From: Clostridiales bacterium
Lineage (GTDB): Bacteria > Bacillota > Clostridia > Oscillospirales > CAG-272
Direction of reading: 5' to 3'
Length of the DNA: 64,000 bases
Assembly: GCA_012840355.1 (NCBI GenBank)
Contig: DULN01000002.1
Coordinates: 114,529-178,528 of the forward strand
Both the position numbers and the translations under genes were made by a program. Positions 58,338-64,000 of the stretch are shown here, piece after piece (the stretch's first letter is position 1; every line of letters begins with the position of its first letter). Under the pieces are notes generated by a model. That model made no database searches, was not told where the DNA came from, and was given only the letters and a program-made list of their open reading frames with translations.

Positions 58338-59030
58338 ATGAAACAGGAAGTTGTAACCACCGGCAAAACAATCGAAGCCGCCGTCGCCGCTGCCGCCGAA
58401 ACCCTCGGCGTAGACGTATCGGAGGTAGAATTCGAGGTTCTCGAGCATCCGAAAAAGGGCTTTTTGGGTTTTGGCGAAGTTTTGGCAAAGGTCCGCGTAA
58501 CATACGATCCTCCGCCTGAGAAAAACGCGCTAATGCTTGTGCGCAAACTTATCGAGGATATGAACCTTGAGGTATCAGCCGAGCTCGGCGAGCCGGAGGG
58601 AGATGCCGGCGACAAAGCAATTTATATAAGCGGCAAAGACGCGGGAGTGCTGATAGGGCATCATGGCGACACGCTCGACGCGCTGCAATATCTTGTCAAC
58701 CTTGCAGCAAACAAACGGGACGAAGACTCAAAACATCCATACACTCGCATAATCATAGACGTTGAGAATTACCGGGCAAAGCGCGAGGAAACTTTGAGGA
58801 AACTGGCTCGCAGCGTGGCAAACCGGGTTAAAAGGTATGGAAAAAGCGTCTCGCTTGAGCCGATGAACCCATACGAGCGTAGAATCATACATTCCGAAGT
58901 GCAGAGCATCGATGGCGTGACAAGCGCGTCGATTGGAGTAGAAGGGAACCGCCGGGTAGTAATTTCGCTTATAGAAAAACATGCAGGATCAGACAAGGCA
59001 TATCGCCGCCAACGTGGCGGGCGCAGATAA
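58338..59030 (+). CDS. jag: Jag/KhpB RNA-binding protein (Jag-N, KH, R3H domains)
   Basis: The N-terminus reads TGKTIEAAVAAAAETLGV. The R3H region reads LEPMNPYERRIIHSEVQ. It sits in the position after yidC. Confidence 0.9.
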   Translation: MKQEVVTTGKTIEAAVAAAAETLGVDVSEVEFEVLEHPKKGFLGFGEVLAKVRVTYDPPPEKNALMLVRKLIEDMNLEVSAELGEPEGDAGDKAIYISGKDAGVLIGHHGDTLDALQYLVNLAANKRDEDSKHPYTRIIIDVENYRAKREETLRKLARSVANRVKRYGKSVSLEPMNPYERRIIHSEVQSIDGVTSASIGVEGNRRVVISLIEKHAGSDKAYRRQRGGRR

Positions 59031-59069
59031 AAAACCGCCGGTCTATTTGAGCCGGCGGTTTTTGATTTT
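59031..59069 (+). terminator. rho-independent terminator
   Basis: AAAACCGCCGG pairs with CCGGCGGTTTT in an 11-bp stem, followed by TGATTTTG. Confidence 0.9.
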
Positions 59070-59202
59070 GCAACGTTCTGCGGAAAGCGGCTTTTTTTAT
59101 ATCAAGGCTAAATAATTCATATTATGTTCCACTACGGCTAAATATTTATAAATCTTGCTGTTTTTCAATTAAATTATATATAAATACTTGGCTATAATTT
59201 TG

Positions 59203-59231
59203 TTGACAAACTGTTAAGGGTATTGTATTAT
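59203..59231 (+). promoter_or_regulatory. probable sigmaA promoter
   Basis: TTGACA (59203-59208), a 17-nt spacer, then TATTAT (59226-59231). Confidence 0.5.
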
Positions 59232-59275
59232 TATAACAGCCAAATTTTAGACGCCAAGCAAGCGGAGGGTCACGT

Positions 59276-60478
59276 ATGAAGAAGGCTGTAACAATATTTT
59301 TTGTTTTTGTAATGGCAGCACTGCTCGCGCTGCCGATTTGGGCGGAAACGATAGTGTTCCGTACCAGGACGCCCGGAGAAGATCCTTATATTTACCTTGA
59401 GATGGGCTCAAACGACCCAGGCGACGGCAAGAGCCGCTTCCACGACGGGACGAATTTCATCATTTACGAGTTCCCGTGCCCGGAAGGCTCAAAGTATGCG
59501 GCCTTGACATGGAAGATCCAGGCGCAGTTTGAAGTGTCGGTTACAAATACCGACCCCGATGACGACGACGCATATGAAGTGATCCATGTCAACGAGCCGA
59601 CCGAAGAAGAAATCGCAAGCGGAAAACCGGACTGGGGCTATTCTATCGGTGTCCAGTACCCGACATATGACCTGTCAAAGTGGTGCGAAAACAACACGAC
59701 GGGTAAAATTTGGGTTAAAATGGCCGACGCTGATCCTACCAACGGGTGGGGCGGCTACATATTCGGCGACTTCGACATCACTTACTATGTAGGTACCGAG
59801 CCGCCGCCTACTGTCGCTAAGCCGAAGACTGCCGAAGAAGATGCTGCCGACATCCTCGCCTCGATGAACCTTACGGCTAACGACCAGGCTTTCGTGGTCG
59901 GCACTTCTTCCGAGCAGCCGTTCTTCTACAAAAAAGGCGGCAACATCGACGGCGGTAGGGCGCGCTTTATGGATGGCACCGAATATGTGATCTACCAGTT
60001 TGACGTGCGCGCCACCGATACGGTTGCCACTATTTCGATGGGCATCGACCAGCAGTATGAAATCCGCGCGACAAGTGGCGATCCCGACGATCTCGACGGC
60101 TATACGCTCATAGCGGTCGCCGAACCGAACGAAAACGAGGATCCAAGCTCGCCGAACTGGGGCAGCCGCCGAGATGAAAACGGCCAGGTCCCGACGCAGA
60201 CGTTTGACCTCAGCCACCTTCTCACCGGCAAAGACGGCAAGATCTACGTCTATATCGGTGACTGCCAGCCCGACGCCGGCTGGGGCGGCAGGATAGCCTT
60301 CTATAACGGCGTACGCTTTACCTCTTACGGGCCGAGTGCCGTGTCTGCGCCTGCTACGGGCTCGGCTGATGTTCCGGCTCCCGCTACAGCGCCCGCGACA
60401 ATGGATTCGGCATCATTTGTTGCGATAATGGCGATAGCGTCTGCCGCCGCAGCCGCCGTGCTGAAAAAGAAACGCTAA
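59276..60478 (+). CDS. secreted, C-terminally anchored surface protein with a tandemly duplicated domain of about 145 aa
   Basis: A signal peptide ends ...LPIWA. Repeats at aa 27-171 and 205-351 share RF.DGT..(I/V)IY.F, DPDD, GKI(W/Y)V and GWGG. The C-terminus has a hydrophobic segment followed by KKKR. Confidence 0.65.
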   Translation: MKKAVTIFFVFVMAALLALPIWAETIVFRTRTPGEDPYIYLEMGSNDPGDGKSRFHDGTNFIIYEFPCPEGSKYAALTWKIQAQFEVSVTNTDPDDDDAYEVIHVNEPTEEEIASGKPDWGYSIGVQYPTYDLSKWCENNTTGKIWVKMADADPTNGWGGYIFGDFDITYYVGTEPPPTVAKPKTAEEDAADILASMNLTANDQAFVVGTSSEQPFFYKKGGNIDGGRARFMDGTEYVIYQFDVRATDTVATISMGIDQQYEIRATSGDPDDLDGYTLIAVAEPNENEDPSSPNWGSRRDENGQVPTQTFDLSHLLTGKDGKIYVYIGDCQPDAGWGGRIAFYNGVRFTSYGPSAVSAPATGSADVPAPATAPATMDSASFVAIMAIASAAAAAVLKKKR

Positions 60479-60483
60479 AATAG

Positions 60484-60517
60484 TAGCCTCCGGGCACATC
60501 CCGGAGGCTAGTTTTTT
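60484..60517 (+). terminator. rho-independent terminator
   Basis: TAGCCTCCGGG pairs with CCCGGAGGCTA in an 11-bp stem, followed by GTTTTTT. Confidence 0.9.
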
Positions 60518-60536
60518 CCTTTCGGCCCCCGCTTTG

Positions 60537-60565
60537 TTGACATAGCGGGAAAGGTAATGTATAAT
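60537..60565 (+). promoter_or_regulatory. consensus sigmaA promoter for the ABC exporter pair
   Basis: TTGACA (60537-60542), a 17-nt spacer, then TATAAT (60560-60565). Confidence 0.7.
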
Positions 60566-60676
60566 TTATATAAATTTAGCGGCATTTGTAGCAGGCGGGC
60601 GCTGATATTTACGCCTGCCTGCCGCCGGTTGCGCAGCCAGAGCGCTTGGCTAAATCCCGACTAAACGGTAGGCAAT

Positions 60677-62419
60677 ATGAGAATCTGCTTTAAGTACATA
60701 AAAAGGCACCTTTTGCCGTTTATATGCGGCATACTTTGCGTTTGCTGTGAGGCGGTTTGCGATCTGCTCGGCCCGACGTTTATGTCAAGAATAATAAATG
60801 AAGGCATCCGCGGCGGCGATAATGGCAAGGTCGTCCGCTGGGGTGTTTTTATGTTGCTTGTAACCGGCGCAGGCGCGTTTTTTGCGGTATCCCGCAACGT
60901 GCTCGCCAGCCGGGTATCGCAAAAGGTGGGCGAGGAGCTTCGCGGCGACCTATTTGCGAAAATCATGAGCATCGCGGAGTTTGAAACCGACCGGCTTGAG
61001 CCGGGCTCGCTCATAACGCGCATGACAAGCGACACACAGCAGGTCACGCAATTTATAAACGGCATAATGCGCATATTCCTAAAGGCGCCGGTCGTCTGCG
61101 TGGGGAGCATGGTGCTCGCGGCGATGCTGAATTTAAAGCTCAGCCTTATAATTTACGGTGTCGTGATAGTCGTGATGGCTGTAATATTTATAAGCATGAA
61201 GCTGAGCTATCCGCTTTACTCGAAACTCCAAGCTGCGACCGACCGGCTTAATTCGGTGGTGCAGGAATACCTGATGGGCATCCGCCCGATAAAGGCGTTC
61301 GGCACATACCGGGAGGAAGAGGCGAAGTTCGCCGGCGCAAACGACTCGCTCTATAAAGCGAGCTTTACGGCGCAGCTTGTCATAACGCTAACCTCGCCTA
61401 TAATGACACTCGCGGTCGGCGCCGGCACGGTGATGGTGCTGGCGATAGGCGGCTCGATGTTTGAGGCAGGCGCGGCGTCCCCAGGCGACATATCGGCGTT
61501 TATAATTTATATGTCGCAGATTTTAACATCGCTTACGACGATTACAAACATTTTCAACACGTTTGTGCGCACGAAAGCTTCGACCGAACGCATCTCCGAG
61601 GTAATAAAAAGCAAGGACGACTTTACCGGTGGAAAGATAACTGATATAAAATTTGAAACGCTTGAGTTCCGCAACGTGAAATTTACCTATCCGACCGCGG
61701 CGCTAGGCGGCAAGGCGCGCCCCGCGCTCGACGGCATCTCCTTTAAAGTAAGCCGCGGGGAAACGCTGGCGATAATCGGGCCGACCGGCAGCGGCAAATC
61801 GACGATATGCGCGCTGCTGCTACGCTTTTACGATGCCGACTCGGGCGAGATTTTGATAGACGGCAGGCCGATTTCAGATTACAATGTCGAGGCGCTGCGG
61901 AACGCTATAGGGTATGTTTCGCAAAAGCCGATGCTGTTTTCGGGAACCGTTGAGGAGAACCTGCGGTTCGGACGCGAGAACGCGAGCAACGAGGAGCTTG
62001 ACAAAGCGATAAAAGATGCGCAGGCTGATTTTATATACGAGAAGCCCGAGGGGCTTATGACCGTGCTCGGCAGCGGAGGTGTAAACCTTTCAGGCGGGCA
62101 AAAGCAGAGGGTAGCGATAGCGCGCGCCCTGGTTAAAAAAGCGCCGGCGCTGGTTCTAGACGACGCCACGAGCGCGCTCGATGCGCTGACCGAAGCAAAG
62201 GTCAGGGAAGCGCTAAAGCGCGATGCTGATTCAAGGCTTACGATAAACATAACGCAGCGCTGTGCATCGGCAAGGTTTGCCGACAAAATCCTGGTGCTGG
62301 AAGATGGCGTGCAGGCGGGTTTCGGCAAGCACGACGAGCTGATGAAAAACTGCAGGGTTTATATTGACATTTACAAGTCCCAGATCGAAGGCTCGCACGG
62401 CGAAGAAAAGGCGGAATGA
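60677..62419 (+). CDS. ABC exporter, fused permease/ATPase (heterodimeric multidrug-type, subunit 1)
   Basis: 580 aa. A six-TM domain is followed by an NBD with Walker A GPTGSGKST, signature LSGGQKQR and Walker B LVLDDATSALD. Confidence 0.9.
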   Translation: MRICFKYIKRHLLPFICGILCVCCEAVCDLLGPTFMSRIINEGIRGGDNGKVVRWGVFMLLVTGAGAFFAVSRNVLASRVSQKVGEELRGDLFAKIMSIAEFETDRLEPGSLITRMTSDTQQVTQFINGIMRIFLKAPVVCVGSMVLAAMLNLKLSLIIYGVVIVVMAVIFISMKLSYPLYSKLQAATDRLNSVVQEYLMGIRPIKAFGTYREEEAKFAGANDSLYKASFTAQLVITLTSPIMTLAVGAGTVMVLAIGGSMFEAGAASPGDISAFIIYMSQILTSLTTITNIFNTFVRTKASTERISEVIKSKDDFTGGKITDIKFETLEFRNVKFTYPTAALGGKARPALDGISFKVSRGETLAIIGPTGSGKSTICALLLRFYDADSGEILIDGRPISDYNVEALRNAIGYVSQKPMLFSGTVEENLRFGRENASNEELDKAIKDAQADFIYEKPEGLMTVLGSGGVNLSGGQKQRVAIARALVKKAPALVLDDATSALDALTEAKVREALKRDADSRLTINITQRCASARFADKILVLEDGVQAGFGKHDELMKNCRVYIDIYKSQIEGSHGEEKAE

Positions 62420-62445
62420 CGCCATCTTGAGGCGGTGAAAAGACG

Positions 62446-64000
62446 ATGGACACAAGGCAATTGCAACGAGATACAAGCCTTCCTACTTTCAGGCGGGGTC
62501 TAGGCGCAAACCGCTTTAGGCCAGCCGAGCGTCCGCGCGACACAAAGCGGACCGTGCGCCGGATTATAAAGGTCTACATGCGCCAAAAGATTGCGCTGTT
62601 TTTGGCAGTGCTTTTAACTTCCGCCACCTCGGCGATTTCGGTTTCGATACCTTACTTTGTTGGCAAAGCTTATAATGCGTTCGATATAGTTACAGGCAAG
62701 CTTGACCACCCGCTGCTTTTCAGGTTTTTACTTATAATTGGCCTTCTTTACCTTTCTAACTGGATAATAAACACGACCGAGGGCGTGCTGATGCTGCGCG
62801 TGTCGCAACTTCTCGTGCGCACGCTCAGAAAAGAGTTTTTCGACAAGCTGCAAAAGCTTCCGCTGAAATTTTACGATACACGGCCGCACGGCGATACAAT
62901 GAGCCGCGTGACGAACGACGTCGAAAGCATATCGAGCACGATTGCGCAGGCGACGACGCAGTTTATATCGAGCATTATAACCTTCACAGGCTCGCTTGTG
63001 CTGATGCTTTCGCTCAGCGTACCCCTGACGGCTGTAACGCTTATATGCGTGCCGCTTATAATCGGGCTTACCGTGTTTATCGCGAAAAACAGCAGGCCGC
63101 ATTTTATCGGTCAGTCGAGAAATCTCGGCGCGCTGAGCGGGCTAATCGAGGAGACCATTATGGGGATGCGTACCGTAAAGGCCTTCGGCCAAAAGCGGCG
63201 CATCTTGAGCGAGTTTTCGGAGATAAACGCGGACCTTACGCGCGACAGCTATATGGCTCAGGTTTGGTCGGGGCTTATGATGCCGATGTTCAACGTCATA
63301 AATAACCTGACATTTACGCTAGTCGCGTTGACCGGTGGCTTGCTTGCGGCAGGGAATGGGCTGCCGGTCGGCACGGTCGTCAGCTTTCTCAACTATTCAA
63401 AGCAGATTGGACGGCCGCTTAACAACGTTGCGGGTATGTTCAACACCGTGCTGTCGGCGCTTGCCGGTGCCGAGCGCGTGTTTGAGGTTATGGATACCGA
63501 GGAGGAGGCACCCGACCGCGAAAATGCCGTCGAGCCCGGCCCGTCGATTTCCGGCGAGGTGGAGTTCGACCATGTGACGTTCGGCTATACGCCCGACAAC
63601 CCAGTGCTGCACGATATTTGCTTTAAGGTTGGGCCTGGGCAGACAATAGCGCTAGTCGGCGAGACCGGATCGGGCAAGACAACGATAGTGAACCTGCTCA
63701 CGAGGTTTTACGATGTCGATAGCGGCAGCGTGAAGGTTGACGGCATAGACGTGCGCGACTACAAGCGCGACAGCTTGCGCCGGCTTTTTTCGGTGGTGCT
63801 GCAAGACACCTGCCTATTCTCGGGCACGATAATGGACAATATCCGATACTCGCGAGTTACCGCGACCGACGATGAGGTTGTTGCCGCGGCGAGGATGGCG
63901 CACGCCGACGAGTTTATAACAAGGCTGCCCGACGGCTATGGGACTTTTATCTCGGGCAGCACCGACACGCTTTCGGAGGGCCAAAAGCAGCTTCTCGCGA
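62446..64000 (+). CDS. ABC exporter, fused permease/ATPase (subunit 2), 3' end beyond the window
   Basis: The frame is open from ATG 62446 to the window end. It has a TM domain, Walker A GETGSGKTT and signature LSEGQKQ at the very end. It is absent from the ORF track because no stop codon is reached. Confidence 0.85.
   Translation, partial: MDTRQLQRDTSLPTFRRGLGANRFRPAERPRDTKRTVRRIIKVYMRQKIALFLAVLLTSATSAISVSIPYFVGKAYNAFDIVTGKLDHPLLFRFLLIIGLLYLSNWIINTTEGVLMLRVSQLLVRTLRKEFFDKLQKLPLKFYDTRPHGDTMSRVTNDVESISSTIAQATTQFISSIITFTGSLVLMLSLSVPLTAVTLICVPLIIGLTVFIAKNSRPHFIGQSRNLGALSGLIEETIMGMRTVKAFGQKRRILSEFSEINADLTRDSYMAQVWSGLMMPMFNVINNLTFTLVALTGGLLAAGNGLPVGTVVSFLNYSKQIGRPLNNVAGMFNTVLSALAGAERVFEVMDTEEEAPDRENAVEPGPSISGEVEFDHVTFGYTPDNPVLHDICFKVGPGQTIALVGETGSGKTTIVNLLTRFYDVDSGSVKVDGIDVRDYKRDSLRRLFSVVLQDTCLFSGTIMDNIRYSRVTATDDEVVAAARMAHADEFITRLPDGYGTFISGSTDTLSEGQKQLLA

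Overview
Chromosomal window from a motile Gram-positive anaerobe, probably class Clostridia. The taxon is an inference from gene order, G-rich Shine-Dalgarno sites and TTGACA-17-TGnTATAAT promoters. No composition statistics were computed. Layout: (1) 1-15.5 kb, + strand, late flagellar and chemotaxis locus: flgK(3' end)-flgL-yviE-like-fliW-csrA-flagellin, then cheY-cheA-cheW-mcp-cheR-cheB, then fliD-fliS-fliT-like-motA-motB. (2) 15.5-22 kb: three translationally coupled small orphan genes (- strand), a YfcE-type phosphoesterase, an S1-domain protein, a T-box leader in front of an acyl-CoA synthetase plus a TIM-barrel isomerase, and rpsT. (3) 22-35 kb: rpoB-rpoC behind a stand-alone promoter with a long leader, then rpsL-rpsG-fusA-tuf. 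(4) 35-48.4 kb: FMN riboswitch-ribU, two orphan genes, an aminotransferase, a three-gene sugar-type operon (- strand), an ECF sigma/anti-sigma operon carrying a second acyl-CoA ligase and a GDPD-like lipoprotein, and an M14 peptidase. (5) 48.4-64 kb: lexA with SOS boxes, a membrane protein, a PHP phosphoesterase, rimO, an Fe-S aldo/keto reductase, DUF1385-prmC-DUF2752 (- strand), rpmH-rnpA-yidD-yidC-jag, a surface protein with a duplicated domain, and two ABC exporter genes (the second cut by the window end). No rRNA, tRNA, CRISPR array, transposase, integrase or prophage signature was seen. Most of the window is core housekeeping. The items most worth follow-up are: a leucine-type T-box placed in front of an acyl-CoA synthetase operon; a LexA homologue with substitutions at both the scissile Ala and the catalytic Lys; an ECF sigma operon coupled to lipid-type enzymes; a coupled trio of orphan low-complexity proteins; and the unusually long ORF-free rpoB leader.
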